A stretch of 46,616 bases of DNA, from positions 45,118,002-45,164,617 of the forward strand of contig NC_068992.1 in assembly GCF_001194135.2 (NCBI RefSeq), read 5' to 3'. Position numbers and translations under genes: made by a program. Positions 1 through 13,035 of this stretch are shown here, one piece after another. Every line of letters begins with the position of its first letter. Positions within the stretch are counted from its first letter, which is position 1. The stretch is from Octopus bimaculoides. Its lineage: Eukaryota. The notes under the pieces are model-generated. The model searched no databases, had not been told where the DNA came from, and saw nothing but the letters and a program-made list of their open reading frames with translations.

Positions 1-48
<48 letters not shown>

Positions 49-610
49 CAATACCCACAGTTTATAGATACACAGATTTGTTAGTAGGTTGTTATGAAGA
101 TGTATATATGTAGTAACTAAACTGATAGATAAGTAGATATATAGGTACATAGGTAATACGGACAGACAAGCACACACAGACATACATACACCAACCTTCT
201 CAGACCTCTTAATTTCACTTACTCTGGCTAATGCTGTAAGAGTAGACAACCTGTTGTGAAGGATCTCACAAAGCCTGTTTCCACGATGCTTAACATTCAA
301 GTATCAATCTCAAAATCCTCACTGTCCCCAATAGAGCAGTTTTTAGGCATACACTACCCTCGTGTCATTACCTACTTCTGCAACAAATTTCTCAATTTAA
401 GAACCAGATTTATGAAAATTATCATTACCTTTATTATTATTATTATTATTATTATTATTGTTATTATTACTATTCTCTAGTTTCCAATAATCTGAACTTA
501 GTAGCTTTTGGAGGTTAGAGCATTTGCATGGCAAGATTACAATGGTAACAAGTTCTATTCTATGAAATCAAATGTGTATGACAGCAAACCACCACTACGA
601 CCACCACAGC

Positions 611-642
<32 letters not shown>

Positions 643-682
643 CTAAACATGCAATTTGAAGTAAAAAAATGAAAATACAAAC

Positions 683-920
683 CCTCTTTGTTGTTTGTGA
701 CCTCTGAAATGCCATTCTGTAGAGCTGCACCATCATTACCATTCTGGAGACTGACACTATCGTTACTGTTCTGAAGAGTAATATCATTCACTGTTACACG
801 AGGGACATCACTTGCAGTACGCATGTGTTTGAAAAAGTTTTTCCTAAAACGTCCTTCAATGTTTTCACCATGCTTTGTTTTAGAATTTTCTTTGATATTC
901 AAAAAAGTGTCTTTTTTCCC
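683..920 (-). CDS. 238-nt low-complexity coding exon (GKKDTFLNIKENSK...SEVTNNKE), probable continuation of the C2/IPT gene
   Basis: ttgtttttgttaattcttag acceptor gives a phase-0 start matching the previous exon, then 79 open codons, then GAGG|gtttgt donor (weaker). Extra exons could be hidden in the N gaps at 4464-4963 and 6880-7196. Confidence 0.72.
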
Positions 921-1897
921 CTAAGAATTAACAAAAACAATAAGACAACAACACAAAAGTAAATTGCAATAATGGCATAAAAGACAACAGGAATATTAAC
1001 AAAATCAACGATCAACATGAGGAAAATTATCCAGTAAAAAATATCATAGAATTAATGTTTAATGAATTAAATGATAAAATTATTTCTTTGGTAATGACAA
1101 AATTATTATAACTCATGGGGTGTACAGCGAACAGCAAGAATCTAAACAGAAACATATCTATCCATTCTTAATACATTCTGGCACATTTGAAAGTGATTAT
1201 CCGATCACTCTTGTTTTCTGTCAAAGGAGAACACTTTAGACAATGTGTGTTCATAACTCATGAGATTCCCCACAGCAAAGGGACTTTGAGACACTATGAT
1301 ATTTCAGCCTTATTGTGTGTGTCTCCTCACTCAAAGTTACCCTGTCTGACTGATGAAGCTATCAAAAACACAAGCTCACGTTTATGGAAATCAGCAAGCA
1401 AATTAATTACTGTTGTGTGCAGAAAAATTGTTCCATTTGTAAATTCAGATTTTCTGTTGAAATATTTCAGTTTTTATTTCTTACAGAAAGAATCCTTGAT
1501 GAGTGGCAGAAATGGCAAAGCACCAGCTAAAATGCCATGTGGTGTTAGATTACATCACTTTATTTTGTGAGTTCAAATCACATTATAGTCCACTTTTCCT
1601 TTTATTACTCTGCGAAAAAAGAACCAGTTCAATATTGGGGCAGTTAAATTGACAATGATTTATTCCACAAAACACAAGCGTTTACCATATTATTTTCATG
1701 TTAGAAACAGTTATGTATCAGTTATTAGTGGATGTAGAATTAATGGAGCTGAACATTCGTGGGTGACAGAATAAATAGTCTCAGTCTAAATGCATGGCTG
1801 TTGGAAATTGACAAAATCAGTATCTATGAGTGTTTGGCTGAATTAAACTGTACAGCTGTTCTCCATCATTAGTTTGTGTCAATGTTAGAAATCAATA

Positions 1898-2265
1898 TCA
1901 TTGGGTATTATTGTAAACAGTGATCTGTATTGGATAAACAACATTTCTAAGATTGCCAAGAAGGCTGAGGGTGTCCCTGCATCACTCAGTAAAACCTTTG
2001 TCGGCTGGTCTCCAGCTGTCTATTTAAAACTGTATATGGCTATAGTACATCCACACTTAGAATCTGCATCACCAGTCTGGAAACCCTATCTTGCTCAGCA
2101 TATCAATCTCCTGTAAAGTCAGAAACTTGCAACAAAATGAATACCCGCCATCAGGCATCTACCATAATCTGAACATCTTACTTTTCTGGGCATGAAGACA
2201 TTGAGGCTCAGAAGTCTGACAACTGACTTAGTAGACACCTATAAGATTATTCACCATCTTTCCAA
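1898..2265 (+). mobile_element. Decayed CR1/L2-type LINE, reverse transcriptase C-terminal region
   Basis: LGIIVNSDL..ISKIAKKA...FVG..PAVYLKLYMAIVHPHLESASPVWKPYL...ATK*IPAIRHLPYSE.L..LGMKTL...DLVDTYKII follows the familiar CR1-clade post-RT consensus (LYKxLVRPHLEYxxxVWSP...RATKxIP...YEERL...DLIxxYKI), with stops and frameshifts. Confidence 0.8.
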
Positions 2266-2708
2266 CAACTTTGGGCATCTTCTTGAATTCCATATGACAA
2301 ACACTCTACCTAGTGACACAGTGGTGCATCTTTATCTCCTATTTAGTTTATTCTTATCTGAGGAACCAACAACGAACCACTGGATCAAGGATCAACTTAA
2401 ATAAATTACACTATGTATGTTATGTATATAAAGTTAAAATCTAAGGATCAAGGTGTAGGGAGTTAGTAAGTTTCAAGCAAGGTATAAGAACACAACTTTC
2501 AGGAACAATAGTGGTTCATTGACATAGAAGGTAGTAAATTTTTCCCATATCGAAGTTCAATAACTTGAAAAAATTTATTTTATAGCTAACGGTGAGCAGC
2601 TGGGGTTGTGTATGTGAATAATATACATATATAAACACACACACACACACACACACTTACTCTACTATATTTAACAATATATACACTCCTATATATTTAA
2701 TGATAGGC

Positions 2709-2864
2709 ATAGGCAGAGTTGTGTGGTTAAAAAGACTGGTTCCCAACAACATTGTTCTAGGTTCAGTCCCTCTACACAGTAACACCAACAAGTGTCTTCT
2801 ACTATTGACTAGGGCTGACCAAAACCATGCGAGTGAGTTTTGTAGACAGAAATTGAAAACAAAG

Positions 2865-2870
<6 letters not shown>
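2709..2870 (+). mobile_element. tRNA-derived SINE, family A (diverged head and body)
   Basis: gttgtgtggttaaaaag...ggttcagtccc...aagtgtcttctactat shared with the copies at 29080 and 32240; followed by (TG)n(GA)n. Confidence 0.7.
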
Positions 2871-2917
<47 letters not shown>

Positions 2918-2922
2918 TGTGA

Positions 2923-2971
<49 letters not shown>

Positions 2972-4463
2972 TGTGTTTATATAATGATAAAATCGATTCC
3001 AAAGTAATCCTTCAACTCACCAAACAGAACAATAATACATAAATGGAAAGAAAGAAAGAAAGAAAGAAGGTAAGACAATATGCCCCCTCCCATTAGTCGT
3101 TACCACCCACCATCATATTCATCCAATATAAACACTTTGGTATTATTATCTCAGCCATTTTATATAGCAATAAACCATTTGATGTGTTTTAAAATCATTA
3201 GTGCTTATATTATATTTCAAAATATATCTGTCACATTAATTTTATCCATCATCATCACCACCACCATTATCATTATTCAGTTGTCTGATTTTTGCTTTCA
3301 CTGCATTATCATGTGCATCTCTGTGCACCTATCTTGGCTATGTGCAATGTGTTGCTTTGATTTTTTTGATTTTTATAGCATTGAAAATATTATGTAATGT
3401 GTGCTGTGATGCCTTGTAGTATCTCCTATACATTGTGTGTATATAAGTCCAACTATACATGATGTAAGACATATATATGGTGTTTAATAGTGCTATTTCC
3501 TATATGTTGTGTGTGGATGTCTAAGACCTGTAGTACAGTGTATGATGTATGTGGCATTACCTCTTGTACACTGTGGGTACCTGTCCAAGTCCTGTGATAT
3601 TCTGTATGATATACGTGTGTACAGTACCTTGTGGTATTATTTCTTGTTATGTTGTGTTTCTAATGCAAGGTTCTAGGTTTGGTTATATATTTGCCTGTAT
3701 TTTTTTTAATCATTCCCAAGGAACATTTTATTACAGAATTTATTTTGTCTTCACCCCCCACATTCTAGCTATCTCCACAGGGCACGCAGAATGATTATTG
3801 CAGTGGATAAAATGCCTTGTGGTATTTAGTAATAGATCTTTAATTTCTAAGATAAAATCACATTGAGAGTAACTGTCTTTCAAAATTAAAAATCAAAAAT
3901 GCATGCAAGGGTAATAACTCTAACAAGATCAGATGATCAAAGCTTTAGAAATGAGAGCATGTGGGTGTGGTATTAAAACCAAAACCAACTGGTGACAGCA
4001 ACAGACACGGTTCCATAGTCATTGATAAGTGAACTCTTGAGACAAAGAGGACTAATTTTGCAATGATCTTCTATCTGACTCCAAAACTGATTGGCAAGAG
4101 TACATCAACACCTAGTAGAGAAACGCTCTGCAGGCCACAATTAATATTATACTAATAATCATTGATGCTCCTGGTGATGATAATAAATATCTAAGTTACA
4201 ATCTGGATGAGTTATGATTATCAGGTAAGAAAGCAATTAGGTAACATGTATTTTACAAACAGAAGCTCTGAGTGGAACAGTAAAGGTAGGCAAAACTTTG
4301 CTAAATTTGAAGATGTAGCATTTAAACTGCAGCAATAAAACTTTGTTTCTTTGTTAGAAACCAGCTCTTTTTTTCTAGGAGAATTGTATTAGATAAAAAA
4401 AAAAAATAAACACACTGATATACAAACAATAAATGTACAGACATACATATATATATATATATA

Positions 4464-4963
4464 NNNNNNNNNNNNNNNNNNNNNNNNNNNNNNNNNNNNN
4501 NNNNNNNNNNNNNNNNNNNNNNNNNNNNNNNNNNNNNNNNNNNNNNNNNNNNNNNNNNNNNNNNNNNNNNNNNNNNNNNNNNNNNNNNNNNNNNNNNNNN
4601 NNNNNNNNNNNNNNNNNNNNNNNNNNNNNNNNNNNNNNNNNNNNNNNNNNNNNNNNNNNNNNNNNNNNNNNNNNNNNNNNNNNNNNNNNNNNNNNNNNNN
4701 NNNNNNNNNNNNNNNNNNNNNNNNNNNNNNNNNNNNNNNNNNNNNNNNNNNNNNNNNNNNNNNNNNNNNNNNNNNNNNNNNNNNNNNNNNNNNNNNNNNN
4801 NNNNNNNNNNNNNNNNNNNNNNNNNNNNNNNNNNNNNNNNNNNNNNNNNNNNNNNNNNNNNNNNNNNNNNNNNNNNNNNNNNNNNNNNNNNNNNNNNNNN
4901 NNNNNNNNNNNNNNNNNNNNNNNNNNNNNNNNNNNNNNNNNNNNNNNNNNNNNNNNNNNNNNN
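4464..4963. other. Assembly gap; other gaps at 6880-7196, 11530-12377, 33018-33078, 36450-37216 and 38295-38614
   Basis: Runs of N, mostly bordered by (AT)n microsatellites. Confidence 1.
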
Positions 4964-5642
4964 ATATATATATATATATATATAATTTTGTTTTCAGGGT
5001 GATACTACTTGTAGTGATTAATTAATCGCTTGGGTATTGTAGTTCCTCTCGTCAACTCCATTCTAATTACTCATCTACATTCACTCTGCAACTGTAAATA
5101 CTTGGGTCTTCATCATAATCAAAACCCTTTGAGACACTGCTTATAGCATGGTCACACTCAGGTGACACAAACCAGTAAAAGAACCAAAGAATATATGAAC
5201 GATTAAATAAAGCAGGAATACAGAAATATATGTCAGGTGGTAAAATATCTGGAAGTGTCATGGCAAGCGATTGGTATAAAATTTGTTGTCATTTCATATA
5301 AATGCCAGAAAATATATATATTTTATCACAGTGCAAATGTAGGAAAGAAGTGAGTAAATATTTTCATAAGGTTTTACAAAATGTTTAACACCAAATCATT
5401 GAATTTTGGTCATAAGAGACTATATGCAATAAAGTTACACATATGTAAGTGTGCATATATGTATGTATGCAGATATACACTCATACATACATGTGTGTGT
5501 GTATATTTAAGTATTAATATAAGCCTCTGTGTGTATGTGTGTGAATGTGCATGTGTGCATGAATACCTGTGTATATAGATAATATATATGCATTAATATG
5601 TACACCTAAATACATTGATATATTATGAATATCTATCCATAT

Positions 5643-5713
<71 letters not shown>

Positions 5714-6520
5714 AAGAGAGAGAGAGAAATACCTTTTTTATGCAAGAAGCTGATTCTGTATTCCTCTGTTATCCATTGTGCATATAAACACAAAACTTTT
5801 GGCAAAGCCATCATATCTAATTATAAAGCCAAAATTGAATGCTGCCAATGCAAATATATAGAAATAAGCTTTACACTACCTTAACCATTCCCATTTCTGT
5901 TTTTAAAGTTATAAACCTGTGCAGTTCTTCTCTTGTGTGCATTATGGTTTATCACATAAAGATATTTTTCCTAACCTCACCATTATTCATTGGTAACAAA
6001 AGGTGAAGTTCCATCTTACTCCTTATTTTCCATTCAATCAATTACATTCCAAGATCAATTCCTGCTCAGACTTCATGCATTTCCTCCATCCACCAGTTTA
6101 TCAATTTTTCTGGAAGTCACTCCTTATGTGTTGTTTCTTAGAAACCAAAACTAGATGTGACAGTTGCTGACGGTGAGAATGATATGAATCTGTAACAATT
6201 ATTTAATATTTATTTACTGTGACTGCCCAAAACCCGTATCACATTTATACTGGAAAGTATATTTGTTGGTAATGTGCAAAACTATGATGCACCTCATGCT
6301 CACCACATCTCTTCCATCCTATCTTCATTTCCCAATCCTTCCCCATTTCTAATCTATTTTCTTTCCCACTGACTACCTTTTATCTAGAAATGCAGACTAA
6401 CAATGCTTTGCATCTCCCATCTCAAACATACAGTATGTAAAACTCTGCTGTCTTCTATTTTTTGAAATGTTGGTAACTCCACTCCCTATAACAATTTTAC
6501 AATGTTCTTTCAGTTGCATT

Positions 6521-6551
<31 letters not shown>

Positions 6552-7219
6552 CATGAATGTGTGTGTATTATTTTAAACTTAAACTTCGTTCAAATTGTAT
6601 TTAAAACAATGATAATTTAAAACAATGATAATTTAAAACAATGATAATTTATGTAAGATGTCTTTTGTATATAATATACATGTTATTATAATGGATGAAG
6701 GGATGATTATTGAATGGTTATTATTTTGATATTATGATATTTTTAATAATTTTTCTATCTTTATATAATAAGTATTTCATATTAATTCATTTGGTACTTA
6801 TTGTTGGTTGAGATATATATATATATATCTAATTATTGTTCTACTTACGATCTGACGAGTAGCTATATTTTTTAATAGANNNNNNNNNNNNNNNNNNNNN
6901 NNNNNNNNNNNNNNNNNNNNNNNNNNNNNNNNNNNNNNNNNNNNNNNNNNNNNNNNNNNNNNNNNNNNNNNNNNNNNNNNNNNNNNNNNNNNNNNNNNNN
7001 NNNNNNNNNNNNNNNNNNNNNNNNNNNNNNNNNNNNNNNNNNNNNNNNNNNNNNNNNNNNNNNNNNNNNNNNNNNNNNNNNNNNNNNNNNNNNNNNNNNN
7101 NNNNNNNNNNNNNNNNNNNNNNNNNNNNNNNNNNNNNNNNNNNNNNNNNNNNNNNNNNNNNNNNNNNNNNNNNNNNNNNNNNNNNNNNNNNNNNNNATAT
7201 ATATATATATATACATATA

Positions 7220-7383
7220 CCTTCTACACTCTTTGAGTGGTTGGCGTTAGGAAGGGCATCCAGCTGTAGAAACTCTGCCAAATTAGATTGGAGCCTGGTG
7301 TAGCCATCCAGTTGCACCAGTCCTCAGTCAAATCGTCCAACCCATGCTAGCATGGAAAGCAGACGTTAAACGATGATGATGAT
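7220..7383 (+). mobile_element. Retroposon 3' fragment with a (GAT)n tail (family C, RTE-like 3' end)
   Basis: ggcgttaggaagggcatccagctgtagaaac...cccatgctagcatggaaagcagacgttaaacgatgatgatgat; a related fragment lies at ~8090-8190. Confidence 0.6.
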
Positions 7384-9634
7384 ATATATACATGAATGTA
7401 TATATATAGTTATAATAATGAAGTTAAACCAAATATTTAAAAATCATTTAATACATACATTTCAGGTTTGCATAATACATAATAAGAAGTGCATCCATTA
7501 CGTAACACAAACTTCCACACTTACAGCATTTCAAAATATTTTCGGAATGATTTAGTGAGGAACGTTTATGTAAGAGATGTGTTTCCTATTGAACATTACT
7601 CAAACCTGACATTTCAAAATATCACTATTTAGTTGACTTCATTATTACAACTAATATGATTTGATGCCAGTACAGACTAGCCGACTTTGACTCCGCTTAA
7701 ACAGATACTCTAACAATGGTTTGGAGCAGCTTGTTATATCTCACACAAGTCAAAAATTCTAATACCGTGTGCTGCTTCTTAGTGTAACATGAAATTATAT
7801 ATATATAAGAGTTTGTAGGAGATACGCTTATTTGTAAATGCAACTTACAGTTTGCTTTTTTGCATGATAAACACAAGATGCAGTTTGAGTCATTTATTGC
7901 CTATGCATGTCGCAATATTGGCATCTTCTGTAGTGGATTTTCATAGTGCAATTCATTCTATCTACAATTTTTCAGGGGAAAACTTTATGGATAATGAAAT
8001 TTTACAGGAAGCTCAGAATTCATCAGTAGCATTATACACCTAATTGTAGATGAAAGAAATTATGTACTTCGTAACCTTGTCAGTGCTGGTGTCATGCAAA
8101 AAGCAGTGGTGTAGTTCCTGGTGTTGCGAGATCCTGTCAAACTGACCAACCCATACAATCTTGGAAAACAGACATTAAATGATGATGAGATAAAGGTAAT
8201 ATATATATCTATGTATGTATGTATGTATGTATGTATGTATATATATATAGTCTTGAATGGTACAACAATACACTATAATACAAACAATGGGCTATATACC
8301 TGTTGTAATTTAGTCACCCATTGCCAGTACTAGCATATAGGATATCCATTTAGTGGTCATCCCTTCTTATACACATGTAATACATTTTTTTCTGAATTTT
8401 CAGATTTTTTATATGCTAGGCCAGTCAGGTGGTACTAAATGTATGTATGTATGTATATATTTGTACATGTCAGTAAATTTACTTTTCTCTTCTAATAACA
8501 ACAGTTATTAGTAGATTATGAATGACAGATTCATTGTCTGTAGCTGATGAAGTATAATAACACAGAAACATGTATCCTGTTGTTGGATAAAAACATTCAC
8601 AACCTAGCTCAGTGTGTTTTCACACAATGTCTAAAAGAACTTCTCTTCTAACTCAATTACTGCAGCAAATGTCTTTCCACATTTGACTGCATATGACTGT
8701 ATTAAATATAAATGTACACAGCTTTGTTATAATCAACACTGCTTTGTGTGCCTCTAATTGACTATGTCATAGAAATACATAACTATGTCACATAACTATA
8801 TAACTATGTTGTATAAATATATACTAATGTTCTAACAGGATATAACTATGTCATATAAGTTCTTGACAATACTTTCAAATACTGAACTATTTTCTTTAGC
8901 ACACTGTAGAATATACAAAGTTATTTTATCTTAAGAATGTTACATACATTCCAGCAAGTATACAATGACAAATTTGTTATTAATGGAGCTACTATAGCTA
9001 TAACAATGTGAAGAGGAGACTACTACCTCCTCTATGCAATGACAGGTTAGAGGGTTGTGTGAAAAGGGGACAATTACTTAAAGCAATTACATAACAATAG
9101 TTGTGAAGAATTGATGAAAGCATCTCAGAAGGAATGATTCACAACTCCTACTTGATCATTTTAAGCCAAATGCTCAAATTCCCGGCATGTGATATGCTAC
9201 TGTTTGAATAGCTGTCAGATATTGAACATAGAAGTTCTGGGGAAGTTACTCAAAGTTGCTCTCAAAAGATTGGTAGCATTGCTATAGATTGGTATTCATT
9301 TCTATTATAATTCAGTGGAGTCTACTTACTGTTATAGTCAGTGGAGTTAAGTAGCAGCTCTATGGACCAATGGTCCTATAAAATTTATGTTCAACTCAAT
9401 TTGTAAATAAAGACAAGTTAGTACATTCATGGTTGCTGGAATCAGAGGTAAGGTAACATCAAAAATTTGAGATCCCTGGCAGGCAAGATCATAATGGTAG
9501 ATTACACAATGAATGATAGGGAGTTGATTAATTAAGAGAAGCGAGAGAGAATACTGAGACTAATACCACAATAGTAAACGATTGTTGTCTATGGGGCAGA
9601 TATACAATGGTAAATATAAGATTGTTCTACTTAC

Positions 9635-10763
9635 TTTGCCATGATTTTCTCCAAGATCTTTGGAATTTTTCCTTGGGGTATTTTGAGCAGGAAACTTTCT
9701 CCGATCAAGTGAAGAAAATTTATTAACAGAAGCAGGATCAGGTGGGATTAATCTTTTATTAGAGCTTAGAGTTTGCAGTTGACTATCTGATGATTTGCGA
9801 GATTCAGTTGATGCTTTGGGGGAATTTGGCGTCGATGAGCTTTCAAAAGGGTTAAGAGAATCATTCTGACCATGTAGTGTTTTAGGAGAATTTGGTGTAG
9901 AAATTGTTATTTGGGTTGGTGGTGTGACTAAGGCTAAAGTACTATGAGAGAGGGCTTTGTTTAAATTTGAAGGTGGTGTGGATTCTGGAGGTTTCGGTGC
10001 AGGTTTTTTATTCCGAGCAGCAACTAAAGTGAAGCCTCCAGTCAAAACAGTTTTACCACCGAATGAAGTCTCAATGACAACATCACCTTGGCCAGTAGGA
10101 CCTGGCAATGTCTCACAGTATATCTGACCTGAAGATTCATATTCTAATGTAGAAAGAATATCAACATCGCAAATACGTAAGGTAACAATATCAGATTTCT
10201 TTAAACCAAGGTTTTCACCTACAATAGTAATACGTGTGCCACCAGCAGCTGAACCAGTATTTGGAGTTATGTAGGATATTTCTGGTTCAACCCCAGCACA
10301 ACTCAAATTAAAAGTACTTCGGGTTTTTAATTTTGATGGTGCACCCTCTGATTCTTCATCATCTGAGTTGTCAGCCTTCGATAAACTAAAAATATCATGA
10401 AAAGATCGAGAGATTCTTTTATTCAGATTTGAAAGGTGACTAGTTGACTTTTGTTCTTTCTTAAAGAAATTACCAGAGAAACCAGGTGATCGTTTAAAAG
10501 TCAAAAAGGGATTAGTTGTAAGCCAACTATTTCTTCTTGGCTTAGATTTCTCATCAACTTCTCCATCTCGATATTTAGAAACATAACACTGGTATATTAA
10601 ACTTCCTTTTGGTTTGGAATTCTTCTTGTGAGGCTGCAAGGCTGTACAAATAACTCTTCCCTTGGCCCCACGAAGAGAGCCTGTAGGAACCAATATTTGA
10701 CCCAAAATATCATCTTTTTCTGTGACATTGAAGAATAAAGCATCCGAGGAATTATTGATGGAA
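9635..10763 (-). CDS. 1129-nt coding exon: C2 C-terminal strands, NPF motif, Sec5/EXOC2-like IPT/TIG domain (~10022-10288), Ser/Pro-rich tail with a second NPF
   Basis: Lies within ORF 9560-10840. Acceptor ttctctttcag at 10763 (phase 2, matching the upstream exon) and donor GGCAAA|gtaagt at 9635 (phase 0). DDILGQILVP...KGSLIYQCYV completes the C2 domain. PEISYITPNTGSAAGGTRITIVGENLG...ICDVD...IYCET...GDVVIETSFGG is a TIG fold resembling the Sec5 N-terminus. Confidence 0.93.
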
Positions 10764-11035
10764 CTGAAAGAGAAATTTGGAAATTGAGTTAAGCAGTTAC
10801 AATGCCTCAACCAACCAACCACATCAATCCAACCAGTCAATCAATCAAATCAGTCCAACTAATCACATGAGTTCAACCAATCAACCAATCACATCAGTTA
10901 GTCACTTATGTAGAGAACTTGTTTCAGTGTCCTCTTTGTGCTTAAAAAAATATAGCAATGTTGAAGTTTAACTCTAAAAATATGCGGTTACATATGACCT
11001 GAGATGCCATTATTTTGTTTGGGTTTTATAGAGTA

Positions 11036-13035
11036 CTAGCAGTATAACCCGACGTTGTCCGGGTGTGACTTATTACGCCATCTACAATAAGTCTTGCTAG
11101 GTGAAAATCAATTAAAAAAGAAAGCCTTACAATGAAAAAACCCTTATGATGTAAATATGTTCATAATTCAAAAGATGAAATTAATAGGGGAAGTCTGAAG
11201 GCTGTTTTGTATAACATTATTAAGTGTACGTAAATTTCATCCGTCTAATTGGCTATACAAATGCTTGTGCAAAACAACTTTTTGCGCTGCCTTGATTACA
11301 CATAGCAGGGTAATTCCTTTTCGCAGGAGGTAGGACGGCAATTTCTGATGAAGCAATTGCTGGCGATTTGTTGCTACACAGTTCTGACAGAATTCTATCA
11401 GATTGGGCAGTAGATGATGATGCACCGTTTTGCATTATGTTCAAAGTAACTTCTGGAATGTGGTGAATTGCTGCAGTCTGTTGCTGTCTTTTTAAACCGG
11501 TTGCTTTCTTTCCCCAGCAAGCTCTCTTGNNNNNNNNNNNNNNNNNNNNNNNNNNNNNNNNNNNNNNNNNNNNNNNNNNNNNNNNNNNNNNNNNNNNNNN
11601 NNNNNNNNNNNNNNNNNNNNNNNNNNNNNNNNNNNNNNNNNNNNNNNNNNNNNNNNNNNNNNNNNNNNNNNNNNNNNNNNNNNNNNNNNNNNNNNNNNNN
11701 NNNNNNNNNNNNNNNNNNNNNNNNNNNNNNNNNNNNNNNNNNNNNNNNNNNNNNNNNNNNNNNNNNNNNNNNNNNNNNNNNNNNNNNNNNNNNNNNNNNN
11801 NNNNNNNNNNNNNNNNNNNNNNNNNNNNNNNNNNNNNNNNNNNNNNNNNNNNNNNNNNNNNNNNNNNNNNNNNNNNNNNNNNNNNNNNNNNNNNNNNNNN
11901 NNNNNNNNNNNNNNNNNNNNNNNNNNNNNNNNNNNNNNNNNNNNNNNNNNNNNNNNNNNNNNNNNNNNNNNNNNNNNNNNNNNNNNNNNNNNNNNNNNNN
12001 NNNNNNNNNNNNNNNNNNNNNNNNNNNNNNNNNNNNNNNNNNNNNNNNNNNNNNNNNNNNNNNNNNNNNNNNNNNNNNNNNNNNNNNNNNNNNNNNNNNN
12101 NNNNNNNNNNNNNNNNNNNNNNNNNNNNNNNNNNNNNNNNNNNNNNNNNNNNNNNNNNNNNNNNNNNNNNNNNNNNNNNNNNNNNNNNNNNNNNNNNNNN
12201 NNNNNNNNNNNNNNNNNNNNNNNNNNNNNNNNNNNNNNNNNNNNNNNNNNNNNNNNNNNNNNNNNNNNNNNNNNNNNNNNNNNNNNNNNNNNNNNNNNNN
12301 NNNNNNNNNNNNNNNNNNNNNNNNNNNNNNNNNNNNNNNNNNNNNNNNNNNNNNNNNNNNNNNNNNNNNNNNNNNNNATTTGAGAAAGATGTCTCGCTGG
12401 TAAATGACGGTGTTAGAAATGGAAAGTAAACTTATAATTCCCGCCAATTAGAATGAGGTCATTGGTAACCATAGGTACATATATATGTGTGTATTTACGT
12501 ATGATTGGCAGTGTGTCTGTTTATTTGACTCTCACTCTCCTTCATTTCTTTGTCTTTTTTCTTGGATCATTCGTAAACGTTCATAAGAGAAAGTAGCAAT
12601 TGAAACGATGTGTAAGAGGAATAGAAATAGTTAATTTTAGAGGGGCAAAGTAATTTTGTATGTACTTTTAGTATCTGTCATTACAATATTGAAATGTGAT
12701 TTGATACTGAAATAGCTTTCTTTTTCTCCTTCCTTTATTTTTGTATTTGTTGTTGGATTTTCCTTAAAGGCTCATAAGAGAAAGTAGGAGTTGAAAGGAT
12801 TTGTATTAGAAAGAGGAAATTAGATTTTATTAGGGAGAAAATGTTTACTTGTGTAGTTTTAAGGATTTTATTCGCTATTAGGAATTTTTTGGAGTGAAAA
12901 AATGACGCAGTGACCTAACTTATTGTATTTAGAATATTAATTGCGATTGTTTAATCGAAGAAATTTGGAATTGTGTAAATGTATGAATTTTAAACATATA
13001 CACACACAGAGAAAATCTGCCTTTTATAGTATAGA
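11036..13035 (-). mobile_element. Non-autonomous Helitron (~2 kb, contains an 848-nt N gap) in the intron upstream of the large exon
   Basis: Minus-strand 5' end A|TCTATACTATAAAAG at 13035. 3' end has a GC-rich hairpin (plus-strand cccgacgttgtccggg, 11048-11063) 8 nt before CTAG|T at 11036. Inserted between A and T with no TSD, as is canonical for Helitrons. Confidence 0.75.

Noticed and set aside
5067-5261. ORF MTLPDILPP...DYDEDPSIYSCRVNVDE as an extra exon
   Set aside because: No phase-0 acceptor/donor pair bounding an open frame, and no recognisable motif.
6020-6189. Exon-like cassettes with good minus-strand splice sites (6020-6189; also 44699-44828)
   Set aside because: Stops in all three frames. 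Such site pairs arise often by chance in AT-rich introns, and there is no other support.
8544-8580. CTGATGA...GAAA-CATG-TA hammerhead-like string
   Set aside because: The core and a palindrome (ACATGT) are present, but helix II has only 2 bp and helix I does not form. At best an old relic.
10764-10840. N-terminal part of ORF 9560-10840 (MTGWIDVVGWLRH...)
   Set aside because: Intronic read-through of a short ccaa/tcaa repeat upstream of a clear acceptor at 10763. The real N-terminus comes from three upstream exons. Likewise 9560-9634 lies past the donor.
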